Positions 1 through 8,895 of a DNA stretch of 64,000 nucleotides are shown one piece after another. The notes under the pieces were generated by a model. That model had not been told where the DNA came from, did no database searches, and saw only the letters and a program-made list of their open reading frames with translations. Numbering within the stretch: position 1 is the stretch's first letter; every line of letters begins with the position of its first letter. A program made the position numbers and the translations under genes. This DNA is from Nitrososphaeria archaeon. GTDB lineage: Archaea; Thermoproteota; Nitrososphaeria; Nitrososphaerales; JAAOZN01. The stretch is taken from assembly GCA_029775855.1 (NCBI GenBank), contig JARVJZ010000004.1, positions 4,901 through 68,900 on the forward strand, given 5' to 3'.

Positions 1-245
1 TTCGTAATATTTGGATTTCGCAGCCTCTTAACGATCTTCTTACCCAAGAATTTCTTATCTGATTTATCCCATTTAGATGTAAAGTGCGACATGTTGAGCA
101 TAGTTATCTTCCAGTAGCCCTCTATAACATCAAGTTCAAAAGCATCGACAATCTGCTTAAAATGTGTGAACCTCTACTGCCGCAAATTTGTCTATTTAGT
201 CGATAATTCTTCACATACTCTATCTTTGCCTAAGCCAACCCAAAT

Positions 246-809
246 ATGCTAAAGGTGAACACCTTGCCCGACATAATAATAATTACATTGGTAGGCATGG
301 TCACAATCGCCTCAATCGTGCTCGCAAGTTCCTACAAGAGGCTGTGGAAGGGCACCCTCAAGAGCGTAAACACAATAGGCTTGATAGAATCAGCTCAACC
401 ATTCACACCACCAACAACTAACGAAGAAACACAGACCAAAGAAACATCAGTATGCAGCGAACCTACAGCAGCACCTATAGTAGAAGAGCAAAACAAGCCA
501 CTAGAACAAATAACAAACATCGAATCACACACCACACCAGTAGTCGAAGCACCACAACCCATCACTACTATTGAATCACGAAATGAAGCACAGCTACAAC
601 CACCAACACCAGCAGAACCCTCTATAGGCTCGCCAACAGAGGCAGCGCCACAACCACCAGCATCAATAGAGCCGCCCAAAGATACAGCAACAAAGACAAC
701 AAGCAGAACATCTAGAAGAAAGAGAAGCACAACAACCACCAGAGCCAAAAGAAGATCTAAGAAAGCAGCGGAAGCAAAACAGAATACTGAGACGCAGCCG
801 ACTAGCTAA
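246..809 (+). CDS. Membrane-anchored low-complexity protein (Pro/Thr/Glu-rich, basic C-terminal tail), unknown function
   Basis: The ORF has an N-terminal hydrophobic helix (IIIITLVGMVTIASIVLASS). It continues with a P/T/E/Q-rich region containing recurring IES motifs and ends in an Arg/Lys-rich tail (SRRKRSTTTTRAKRRSKK). I recognise no family. The DNA is strongly A+C-rich. Confidence 0.4.
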   Translation: MLKVNTLPDIIIITLVGMVTIASIVLASSYKRLWKGTLKSVNTIGLIESAQPFTPPTTNEETQTKETSVCSEPTAAPIVEEQNKPLEQITNIESHTTPVVEAPQPITTIESRNEAQLQPPTPAEPSIGSPTEAAPQPPASIEPPKDTATKTTSRTSRRKRSTTTTRAKRRSKKAAEAKQNTETQPTS

Positions 810-1804
810 CCCAAAGGTCTAACACGAACAACATCTGGGTTAGCTAAATGTAGCGGAAGCCTTCCTGTAAGCACAGCTACCAAGTTCTCGGCTGCGAGCT
901 CAGCCATCCTCTTTCTTGTCTCTATAGTTGCACTACCTATATGAGGGGTTAGCAGAACATTCTCAAATTGAAGAAGTGGGCTGTCTTTAGGTAATGGTTC
1001 AACACTATATACATCCAAGGCAACTCCTTTAATCCACCTCTCCCTAAGAGCCTTGATCAAGGCTGCCTCATCTATTATTGCACCTCTTGATGTATTGACC
1101 AAGTATGCAGTAGGCTTCATCAAACGCAATCGCGCTTCATTTATCAAACCCCTAGTCTGTTCTGTTAAAGGTAGATGAATGGTCACGAAATCAGACTCTG
1201 AGAGAAGCTCATCCAATGCAGAATATCTTGCACCAACATCCTTCTCTCTATCTTCAGCGAGCCTATGCCTCTGATAATATAAGATACGCATGTCAAAGCC
1301 TCTAGCCCTTTTAGCTACAGCATACCCTATCCTACCCATACCTACTATCCCCAGAGTCTTACCATAAACGTCAGAGCCTAAGAAAAAGTTAGGCGACCAC
1401 GCAACCCTCCATAATCCACCTCGAAGAAAACGCTCAGCCTCAGAGACCCTCCTCGCTATGCCGAGCAGAAGAGCCCAAGTCAGATCCGCAGTCGCATCGG
1501 TTAAAACATCAGGAGTATAGGTCACATAAATGCCCCGCCTTGTTGCAGCATCGAGGTCAATGTGATCTAAACCCACACTCATAGAACTTATAACCTTAAG
1601 CCTTTTAGCCTTCTCTAATAGATCTAAGTCAAACTTATCAGATAACATACAGAGCACACCATCAGCATCACCTATATTTACCTCAAGCCACTCACTACCA
1701 GGAGGCTCATCACTATCATACAACCTCACCTTAAACCTACTCGAAAGCAAGTTTAAAGCAGACTCGGCTATACGCCTAGTCACAACAACAGTCTCCTTTA
1801 CCAA
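806..1804 (-). CDS. gyaR: Glyoxylate/hydroxypyruvate reductase (D-isomer-specific 2-hydroxyacid dehydrogenase)
   Basis: Long near-collinear matches to my recollection of archaeal GyaR. Examples are GIYVTYTPDVLTDATADL, the NAD-binding loop GKTLGIVGMGRIGYAVAKRARGFDMRILYY, and LTPHIGSAT. Confidence 0.85.
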   Translation of the reverse strand: MVKETVVVTRRIAESALNLLSSRFKVRLYDSDEPPGSEWLEVNIGDADGVLCMLSDKFDLDLLEKAKRLKVISSMSVGLDHIDLDAATRRGIYVTYTPDVLTDATADLTWALLLGIARRVSEAERFLRGGLWRVAWSPNFFLGSDVYGKTLGIVGMGRIGYAVAKRARGFDMRILYYQRHRLAEDREKDVGARYSALDELLSESDFVTIHLPLTEQTRGLINEARLRLMKPTAYLVNTSRGAIIDEAALIKALRERWIKGVALDVYSVEPLPKDSPLLQFENVLLTPHIGSATIETRKRMAELAAENLVAVLTGRLPLHLANPDVVRVRPLG

Positions 1805-1877
1805 CTACAGCACCACAAACCTAACCAAACACCCATAGGAAAACTTTTAACACCTAACTTTACTAACACCCTTAGAA

Positions 1878-4556
1878 ATGTATTCTGAATCAACCAGAAG
1901 AGCTGGAAGATGGATTACTCTACTCGCCGCACTTCTTATAATTCTAATAGTATTCGCTAGCATAGGTGGACAGATACTATGGTTCTGGCTTAACATAGCA
2001 GAGTTCAACGAACTCTACCTCAAACCAATCTATTACGAGCTCTACGCTGGAATAATATTAGCAGCGATAGCGCTCTTCAGAATAGACTTCAAGAACAGAA
2101 GATCAATCGTATGGTGGCTCATACCTCTAATCCTTAGAATCATAAGGGAAAGGGGCTACCTAGAAGCTGTCCCGAGAAGATATTATGATTTTAAAAACTT
2201 CAAAATGCCCATCGTAAAGTTCCTTATGTGGCAGATCACCAAGGTTCTTTTAGGCATCATCTTCTTCAGAAACCTCTTCTTCGGTATGGCTCTCTCAACT
2301 GTTCAACAAGAAGAGCTAAGCATCAGTATAGGAAAACTACCTAAGCTTATAACACTACCTTTTATAACACCACCCCTTAACGACCTTACCTACGCTACAG
2401 AAATTGTTGTACCACTCATGCCCCTTCTTACATTATTCGTAACTCCTATCTTAAGCGCCTTAGGCACAAGACTCACACTCTTAGTAGGTCTCACACAAAT
2501 CCTTAAGATCACTACACCTACAACCGAAGAAATTTCCATGGGAAGCATCCGCATAGGTTGGCGAATAGCTGTAGTAGAGGGTCTAATAGCATTAGCATTA
2601 TTCTGGACCTTGATTAACACCCTTTTCCCCTCTAATATAGACTACAACACACGCTACTACATAGGTGGATTGGCTGCAGGCACCCTAATCTTCACAGCCT
2701 TAGCACTAATAGATAGAAGAGGAAGAACCATATTCACATCCAGAACACTAGCCCTAAGAATAGTACCCATACTCATACTACTTCTAACCGTAGGCTCACT
2801 TATGGCAATAAACAACAGCATAGCAGACGCTAGAAAGGTAGAATGGCTCGGACCATACACCACACAGCAGATAGCTGTCAACCGATACCTAGCCCAACTA
2901 GACGAAATAAAAGAATACAGATACAACTTTAGCGTACCAAATATCGGACTATCAGACATACCAAACCTAATTGAAAGAAACAGAGAACTACTAAGCAAAG
3001 TCAGACTCTGGGACCCCCAAGCAGCATTCGCCAAGCTCAAACCAGACATCGGACTCATACCTTACGTTGACTTTGCTGACGCCGACATCCTAAGGTTTAA
3101 CGGCACACTCTACTGGAGCGCCTCCATGAAACCCATCCTACCAAAGACCGTCAGAGCAGAAGACAGATGGTTCTCAGAGCACCTATACTACACAAACGTC
3201 CCAAACGGTTTTCTTATGCTCGAAGGACACAGCGGCAGAAGCGTAGACTCAAGCACATTCTTCAAGCAGCGAACCATCTACTATGGAGAATCAGGCCTCT
3301 TCACAGAAACGTGGGCTGCTAAACCAGTAAACGCAGCTATACTGCAGCCAGAAGTTGGCGGCGGCTCTTATAAGGGTAAAGGAGGCGTAGTTATAGACCC
3401 ACCTATAAGCTGGCTCTTCGACGTCAACTTCTTCTGGGCTTACCGAGATACACCTATTCAAGTTCTTAGGTATAGAGATGTTATCTCAAGGGTTGACCTG
3501 CTCTTACCCTACTTCCAATACTATTGGGGTGAAAAGACAGTGGACATATTCCCAGTCACTGATGGTGTAGATACATACTATATGGTGCCTTTGATCGTGG
3601 CTTTAGACACCAGACACGTTCCTTGGAGTGTTAGCAACCCATATGTGAGACTAGTAGGATACGCCTTCATAGACGTATATGACGGCACGCTCCACATCTA
3701 CGTGATAGGTGAAGACTTCTTAAGCAGGATCTTCAAAGATGCGTATCAGGAATACATCATACCCGCGTTACCAGATGTAATCAAGCGCCAACTACGCTAC
3801 CCAGAAGAACTCTTTGAGTGGAGGATAAGTATGTATAACTTCTACCATGTAAAAGATGCTGAAACATTTATAGTGGCAAGAGAATTCTTCGAGGTCCCTC
3901 AAGGATTAGATACATACTTCGTGATAGCGAAGCCACCCACTTTCAACCAAACCGAGTTCGTAGGCTTACTTTCGCTAGAGCTAAAAGGAGCTGGTGGCAG
4001 AAACTTAGCCGGATACATGGTGGTTAGAAACGACCCTCCACATCTAGGTGAAATGATATTCTACGCTGTGCCTATAGATTCGCCTACGAAGCTTCTTGGC
4101 CCTACCGCAGTCCTCGAAGCGCTACAAAAGAACCCAGAATTTGCCCAACTAAGAACACTCTGGGGGAACAAATCAAGGATAGGGGATACAATCTTCTACC
4201 AGATAGACGAACAAGACATCTACATAATACCCGTCTACACAGCTGGAGCGGGCGGGGTTGTCACAGAACTAGGCGTTATAGCAGCAATAGGCGCAGCTTT
4301 CACAGGAGAATACTATGTTGGGCTAGGTAGCAATGTATATGAAGCATACAGAAGCTTCTTAATCAGAGTCGCAAATGTAACAACAGCTCCTCCTCCATCT
4401 GAACTTACACTACAGGAACTTATACAGCAAGCCAATAGGCTCCTACAATCTTATCTAGAAGCTTGGTCCAAAGGTAGATATGAGGAGGCTGGTAGAAACC
4501 TAGAAGCCTTCCTAGATACTTGGAGGATGATCGTTGAGCGTAGTGGCGGAGGTTAG
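1878..4556 (+). CDS. UPF0182-family large membrane protein
   Basis: 892 aa with an N-terminal block of about 7 hydrophobic helices and a large soluble C-terminal part. It contains the LRYPEELFEW..YNFYHV motif that I associate with UPF0182/COG1615. Confidence 0.65.
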   Translation: MYSESTRRAGRWITLLAALLIILIVFASIGGQILWFWLNIAEFNELYLKPIYYELYAGIILAAIALFRIDFKNRRSIVWWLIPLILRIIRERGYLEAVPRRYYDFKNFKMPIVKFLMWQITKVLLGIIFFRNLFFGMALSTVQQEELSISIGKLPKLITLPFITPPLNDLTYATEIVVPLMPLLTLFVTPILSALGTRLTLLVGLTQILKITTPTTEEISMGSIRIGWRIAVVEGLIALALFWTLINTLFPSNIDYNTRYYIGGLAAGTLIFTALALIDRRGRTIFTSRTLALRIVPILILLLTVGSLMAINNSIADARKVEWLGPYTTQQIAVNRYLAQLDEIKEYRYNFSVPNIGLSDIPNLIERNRELLSKVRLWDPQAAFAKLKPDIGLIPYVDFADADILRFNGTLYWSASMKPILPKTVRAEDRWFSEHLYYTNVPNGFLMLEGHSGRSVDSSTFFKQRTIYYGESGLFTETWAAKPVNAAILQPEVGGGSYKGKGGVVIDPPISWLFDVNFFWAYRDTPIQVLRYRDVISRVDLLLPYFQYYWGEKTVDIFPVTDGVDTYYMVPLIVALDTRHVPWSVSNPYVRLVGYAFIDVYDGTLHIYVIGEDFLSRIFKDAYQEYIIPALPDVIKRQLRYPEELFEWRISMYNFYHVKDAETFIVAREFFEVPQGLDTYFVIAKPPTFNQTEFVGLLSLELKGAGGRNLAGYMVVRNDPPHLGEMIFYAVPIDSPTKLLGPTAVLEALQKNPEFAQLRTLWGNKSRIGDTIFYQIDEQDIYIIPVYTAGAGGVVTELGVIAAIGAAFTGEYYVGLGSNVYEAYRSFLIRVANVTTAPPPSELTLQELIQQANRLLQSYLEAWSKGRYEEAGRNLEAFLDTWRMIVERSGGG

Positions 4557-4562
4557 CCGTGT

Positions 4563-5042
4563 ATGAGTGCAAGAAGAAAAGATAGTTATAGAGAGGACGC
4601 GCTAAAGACATCAACAATAGCATTAGCGCTTATAGCTCTAGCACTTGTCCTTTTGGTCACGATTAGGATACAAAGGGGGCTGATAGGGTTTGTGCTCGCA
4701 GGACTAGCTGTTGCGCTTGTGATCTACTGGCTCAGGGAACTTTACAGCGCGGCTAGGAAGGAGATGACCCCCAGCGTTGCGAAGCAGAAGAAGTGGTTCT
4801 ATGACATTATAGACGAGAAGGAAAGTATAACGATAGTAGCTGAGGTGCCGGGACCTGAAGAGTTAGTTAAAGCTGAAGTCATAGGTAGAACGATAAAGAT
4901 CTATGGAGGTCAAGACTTTGCCAAGGAGGTTAAACTTTCCAAAGACTGTGAACTTATTCACACAAGCTACATTAATGGAGTGCTAAATGTAAAGCTAAGG
5001 AAGAAGATCAACGACAAATTAAGCGAAACAAAGAGCAGCTAG
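4563..5042 (+). CDS. Small heat-shock protein (Hsp20/alpha-crystallin domain) with two N-terminal transmembrane helices
   Basis: The C-terminal half matches the ACD pattern (ITIVAEVPG...VKAEVIGRTIKIYG...YINGVLNVKLRKK). The N-terminal half has two hydrophobic helices (TSTIALALIALALVLLVTI and LIGFVLAGLAVALVIYWL). Confidence 0.65.
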   Translation: MSARRKDSYREDALKTSTIALALIALALVLLVTIRIQRGLIGFVLAGLAVALVIYWLRELYSAARKEMTPSVAKQKKWFYDIIDEKESITIVAEVPGPEELVKAEVIGRTIKIYGGQDFAKEVKLSKDCELIHTSYINGVLNVKLRKKINDKLSETKSS

Positions 5043-5049
5043 ACCTATC

Positions 5050-6288
5050 TTGCTTAGCAGAGTAACGAAAATAGAGGTCAAAGACACACTGCTGATAAAG
5101 GGTCCAGCTACCCTTAAACTCCAAGATGGTGAAGTTGAAGCCATAGGTATGCGCCTCACATACGAAGAACCCATGATAGTTAGAAGAAACAAGATTGTAC
5201 CTCTTGAACCTATAACTAAACCCGCATATATCATAGCAACCTTCGGACCTAACGGAGAAATCGTCCGCAAGCAAGGTAAATGCGGCACAAAGATCTGGAT
5301 AAAGGCTGCAGAACTACTATCAGCCAACACCCCACATATTAGGAAGATTTTAGTTATTGGTGCATCAGACTCAGGCAAATCCACCTTCACAACTTACCTA
5401 ACTAATCTTGCTATAACAAAGGGTTACAAAGTCGGAATCGTCGACGCAGATATAGGTCAAAGCGACTTAGCGCCACCAGGATGCGTAAGCGGAGCTATAC
5501 TATGTAAGCAGCTAATCGATCTTCGAGATGTTAAAGGAGATGTTATAAAGTTTGTAGGCTCTACTTCACCGATGGGTCTTGAGGATATCGTTATCGAAGC
5601 TGTTAAAGATGTAACGAAGCAGGTTGAAGCCATACACCCCACTTTAATAATAGTTAACACAGATGGCTACATCGATGGTGAAGGTGTTAGATATAAGCTC
5701 AGGTTGATCGAAGCCCTCTCCCCAGACCAAATAGTATACATAGCGTCTGAGCCTCGAAGCCAACTTAAGGAAAGATTGGTAAATACCCTTAGCGAGGAAA
5801 AAGTTCTAACGCTCGAAGGCGTTGAAGGGATAATAAAGAGTCCTAGTGAAAGAATGGAAAGGAGGATGAGCCAGTTCTACCGCTTCCTAAAAAATGGTAG
5901 AGTTCAGCGCTGCAACTTAAAAGATTGTAAAGTGTTTCTCCTGAATAGACAATATACACTTGGTTCAGCGGCTTTTGGAGATATTGGTCAATTGGAGATA
6001 TCTGACATAGCAGACAACACCATCCTCGTGTCTGAAAGCAAGCTTCTTTTACCTAGACTTGCACTAGAAGGGATGTTTGTCGGTTTAGGAGCCAACGGAG
6101 TCAAGGGCTTCGGATGCATCCTGAGCCATAAAGGAAGCGATTCTTTAAATGTCTGGACACCTCTCCAGACCTTCAACACTCTCTATCTAAGTTTCATAAA
6201 ACTGAACAATAGGATATCGAGGGATGAGCGTTTACCCTTCAGATACCTAAACACATATACACCACACCTAGCTAAAGATGATGCGTGA
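5050..6288 (+). CDS. Clp1/Grc3-like polynucleotide 5'-hydroxyl kinase
   Basis: P-loop VIGASDSGKSTF followed by the VGIVDADIGQSDLAPPG motif typical of Clp1-family kinases. Listed start is TTG. Confidence 0.7.
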   Translation: MLSRVTKIEVKDTLLIKGPATLKLQDGEVEAIGMRLTYEEPMIVRRNKIVPLEPITKPAYIIATFGPNGEIVRKQGKCGTKIWIKAAELLSANTPHIRKILVIGASDSGKSTFTTYLTNLAITKGYKVGIVDADIGQSDLAPPGCVSGAILCKQLIDLRDVKGDVIKFVGSTSPMGLEDIVIEAVKDVTKQVEAIHPTLIIVNTDGYIDGEGVRYKLRLIEALSPDQIVYIASEPRSQLKERLVNTLSEEKVLTLEGVEGIIKSPSERMERRMSQFYRFLKNGRVQRCNLKDCKVFLLNRQYTLGSAAFGDIGQLEISDIADNTILVSESKLLLPRLALEGMFVGLGANGVKGFGCILSHKGSDSLNVWTPLQTFNTLYLSFIKLNNRISRDERLPFRYLNTYTPHLAKDDA

Positions 6289-6620
6289 TAATAGAAGAAG
6301 AATTCAATACTAACTTAAGAACATTCAGAATAAGGCTCTTAAAATATACAAATGGCTGTATACTTTCAGTCTCAGAGGGAAGTGAAGATCGAATAGGGGG
6401 GATCTACCTCATACTAAAGCAGGAGAAAAACATAAGCTCCACAACTATAATACCTGAAAGGTATGGTGGTGTTTTATTAGAAGTCTTAGCGCAAAGCACA
6501 GCCAGATACACAAAAGGTATAATTCTGACAACACTTTATCTGAAGAACACGCTAACATCAGAAGAAGCGTCAACAGTATTAAATAAACTCGAAAACATAT
6601 TATCCAAACTCACTCCTTAA
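6285..6620 (+). CDS. Hypothetical protein, translationally coupled to the Clp1-like gene
   Basis: The start overlaps the upstream stop by 4 nt (ATGA). No recognisable motif. Confidence 0.4.
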   Translation: MIIEEEFNTNLRTFRIRLLKYTNGCILSVSEGSEDRIGGIYLILKQEKNISSTTIIPERYGGVLLEVLAQSTARYTKGIILTTLYLKNTLTSEEASTVLNKLENILSKLTP

Positions 6621-6645
6621 TGCAGAACACTGGTATCGAAAGATG

Positions 6646-7260
6646 TCACATTAGTCCGATCTTCTCTTTTATCGCCCTTATCTCAGCTTCTAGCCTTTCA
6701 AATCTTCTATCTATATAGCTTCTTAAATCGTCTCTTAAAGCCCTAATCTCAAATATGGTCTCATCTTGCTTCTTCAAAACGGTTTTTATGTCTCCTTTCA
6801 TCTCCTTTATGTCTCCTTTCATCTCCTTTATGTCTCCTTTCATCTCCTTTATGTCTCCTTTCATCTCCTTTATGTCTCCTTTCATCTCCTTTATGTCCTC
6901 TCTCATCCCTTTGATGTCGCTCCACATCCCTTTCGCATATTTTATAGCCGCAACCATCCTTTCGCTTAACTCCTCCTCTAACGGACCATATTTCACCTCA
7001 AAATATTGGTACTCGCCTGTTGGTGGTGAAGTCTTTGTCACCTCTATTGATTCTACTTTAAGCAGATCTTCTTTAACATCTATAGCCTTCATAAATTCTT
7101 TAACAACCTCTTCTTCGGCTTCGCAAAGGATCTTGACGCTTCCATCTCTCAGGTTTTCCACATATCCTCTGACTCCAAGCCTTCGAGCCTCGTCTTGAAC
7201 TAAGTCTCTGTAGCCTACTCTCTGCACAGAGCCTCTAACTATGATTTCTGCTCTGATCAC
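6646..7260 (-). CDS. Acylphosphatase-like domain protein with C-terminal heptad-repeat coiled coil
   Basis: The N-terminus IVRGSVQRVGYRDLVQDEARRLGVRGYVENLRDGSVKILCEAEEE matches the acylphosphatase fold signature (V.G.VQGVGFR...G.V.N). The C-terminal half contains DIKGMRE, then 5x DIKEMKG, then DIKTVLK, followed by a charged helical tail. Confidence 0.7.
   Translation of the reverse strand: MIRAEIIVRGSVQRVGYRDLVQDEARRLGVRGYVENLRDGSVKILCEAEEEVVKEFMKAIDVKEDLLKVESIEVTKTSPPTGEYQYFEVKYGPLEEELSERMVAAIKYAKGMWSDIKGMREDIKEMKGDIKEMKGDIKEMKGDIKEMKGDIKEMKGDIKTVLKKQDETIFEIRALRDDLRSYIDRRFERLEAEIRAIKEKIGLM
6785..6918. repeat. 21-bp tandem repeat (5 perfect copies plus degenerate flanking copies) inside the CDS
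   Basis: The unit atgtctcctttcatctccttt occupies 6788-6808, 6809-6829, 6830-6850, 6851-6871 and 6872-6892. Degenerate copies follow up to about 6918. The repeat is in frame and encodes DIKEMKG on the minus strand. Confidence 0.95.
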
Positions 7261-7529
7261 ATTAATGATGTTTAAAGGGGTTAGAGTTAAATGTTTCGAA
7301 GCAATATATTAGGCTATTTACTTGCAAAATCTGGAATACTGGAGGCAGTGGTCTGTTATATGTGTCCTGCTTGATTCTGTATGGTAAGTGGGATTCGTGC
7401 TTAAAAAGAGGAAGAGTTATCTTTTACCGCTTATGTTATCAATCGCCGCCTCTATCGCCCATAATAGAAAGTTTCGCGAAGCGATATGAAGGTAACACAT
7501 TTAAGAAAGCTTGATAAAGACGTGGTACA

Positions 7530-8171
7530 TTGCTTGACCAAATTTTGTTCGGCTTTGCGGCTGTAGTAGCATTCATACTATCTTGCTCTATTTTGGTTGC
7601 CGTTCTCAAAAATTTATGTATTCACAGGGTGTTATGGCTCTTATCGTTTATTCTGCTCTTTGTCCTAACAACATTGATTTCTCTAAGTGGGTTAGATGTG
7701 ATTAGCGCACCGTTTGTCTATCTTCTGGCATCTCTTATACCAAGTTTCCTAGCTTGTGGCTTGATTTATGCTACGCTTGGATCGCGGTGGGGCAAGTATT
7801 ATCTGACCTATACGCTATTGCTCTTCATAGTATTTACTTACGCTTCAATAGTTGGCGGTATACCAAAAACTCCTCTGATACTGCTCCTTCATGTGCCAAG
7901 TGGTTTTATCATAGTCATTTTACCGTTCGTGGCGGTTGTTCTTAGAATAAGTGAGTTAACAGCTTTGTTTGTCAGTATTGGCGGTCTGTTAATAGGTGTT
8001 GGAGGGGTTGCTTTGGCTACTATCCAATTTGGTGCACCTCTCTTACCGCAAGAGTTAGTAAATATGGTATTTGCTCCTCTTTTCTTAATTGTCACTATTA
8101 TGTTTGCAGCTGGGATGCTCTTAACTAAGAACTGGGGTCGACCAAAAGGGCTTAATGATCTAAGGAGATAG
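7530..8171 (+). CDS. Polytopic membrane protein, unknown function
   Basis: 213 aa, almost entirely hydrophobic helices (about 6-7). TTG start. No family recognised. Confidence 0.45.
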   Translation: MLDQILFGFAAVVAFILSCSILVAVLKNLCIHRVLWLLSFILLFVLTTLISLSGLDVISAPFVYLLASLIPSFLACGLIYATLGSRWGKYYLTYTLLLFIVFTYASIVGGIPKTPLILLLHVPSGFIIVILPFVAVVLRISELTALFVSIGGLLIGVGGVALATIQFGAPLLPQELVNMVFAPLFLIVTIMFAAGMLLTKNWGRPKGLNDLRR

Positions 8172-8199
8172 TGGTAATCTTTAATAATTTATTGCTATT

Positions 8200-8895
8200 T
8201 TGGTTATAGGCTTGATTAAGGTAGAGGTGCTCTTCACATCGTCAGCTATAGGTACTCAGATTTTACTCAAAGGTGAGGAAGAAGACATTCTTGTAGATGC
8301 AGGAGATGGTGTGCTGAGGGATCTTGTATCAAGAAACTATGACTTCTCCAGGTTAAGTGGTATTTTAATAACACATGAGCATATAGATCACTACTGCGGT
8401 CTTCTCCCCTTATGCTACTTTATGGCTCAGCTTGAGCACACTAAACCACTTAGAATAGTTGCACCTAGTGGGGGTGGGAAAGTGTCTGGTCTAGTTTCTC
8501 TTTCCACTTTGCTCCCTCTCTTAGAGGTAGAACGAGCTAAACCAAACTGTACAATCGTCATCGGTTCATTTACTATTGAGCCGTTCAAGGTTGACCATAC
8601 TGTAGATGCTGTTGGATACGCTGTATCTGACAAAGGGGGCTACAAAGTGGTTGTTAGCGGGGATACAAGAGTGTGTCCTGAACTGGAAAAGCAGTTATCT
8701 AAAGCTAATGTAGCAGTTCTCGATGCAACATTCCCAGATTGTATGGAGTCTGATGCATACCTACACGGGCACATGACCGAGGGACAAGCGTTAAAGATTG
8801 CCGCTTCTGTGGAAGTAAAGATATTCATTCATAAAATGGATCTTAACTACTATAAGAAGATGAGCTGCAGAAAGCGTTCCCCTCTTGAAATCTAG
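8200..8895 (+). CDS. MBL-fold metallo-hydrolase (RNase Z-like)
   Basis: HxHxDH motif (ILITHEHIDHYCG) with later His/Asp positions (KVDHTVDAVGY, SGDTR, LHGHMT). The exact start is uncertain (TTG or GTG). Confidence 0.7.
   Translation: MVIGLIKVEVLFTSSAIGTQILLKGEEEDILVDAGDGVLRDLVSRNYDFSRLSGILITHEHIDHYCGLLPLCYFMAQLEHTKPLRIVAPSGGGKVSGLVSLSTLLPLLEVERAKPNCTIVIGSFTIEPFKVDHTVDAVGYAVSDKGGYKVVVSGDTRVCPELEKQLSKANVAVLDATFPDCMESDAYLHGHMTEGQALKIAASVEVKIFIHKMDLNYYKKMSCRKRSPLEI

Noticed and set aside
1-104. A possible partial minus-strand CDS that starts at about 104 and runs off the left edge (MLNMSHFTSKWDKSDKKFLGKKIVKRL...).
   Set aside because: Only about 34 codons are visible and there is no recognisable motif, so I cannot support it.
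395-748. A 117-aa ORF antisense to the P/T-rich gene.
   Set aside because: It is a low-complexity mirror of the sense strand. It has no N-terminal features and is fully contained in the other ORF.
2390-3058. Minus-strand ORFs of 76 and 133 aa inside the UPF0182 gene, and many similar 60-150-aa ORFs nested antisense in other long genes.
   Set aside because: They are fully nested in long, motif-supported ORFs on the other strand. None has a recognisable motif of its own.
6785-6918. The possibility that the 21-bp tandem repeat is a CRISPR array or another non-coding array.
   Set aside because: The units are directly adjacent with no spacers. They are 21 bp long, in frame, and inside a continuous ORF.
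6755-7198. ORFs of 147 and 67 aa (FMSPFISF repeats) opposite the acylphosphatase-domain gene.
   Set aside because: They are antisense products of the in-frame 21-bp repeat. The minus-strand frame has a recognisable N-terminal domain and a sensible heptad repeat.
7261-7529. A possible C/D-box sRNA or other small RNA in the 270-bp gap (aatgatgt at about 7263 resembles a C box).
   Set aside because: There is no CUGA D or D' box at the expected spacing, no terminal stem and no tRNA-like cloverleaf.
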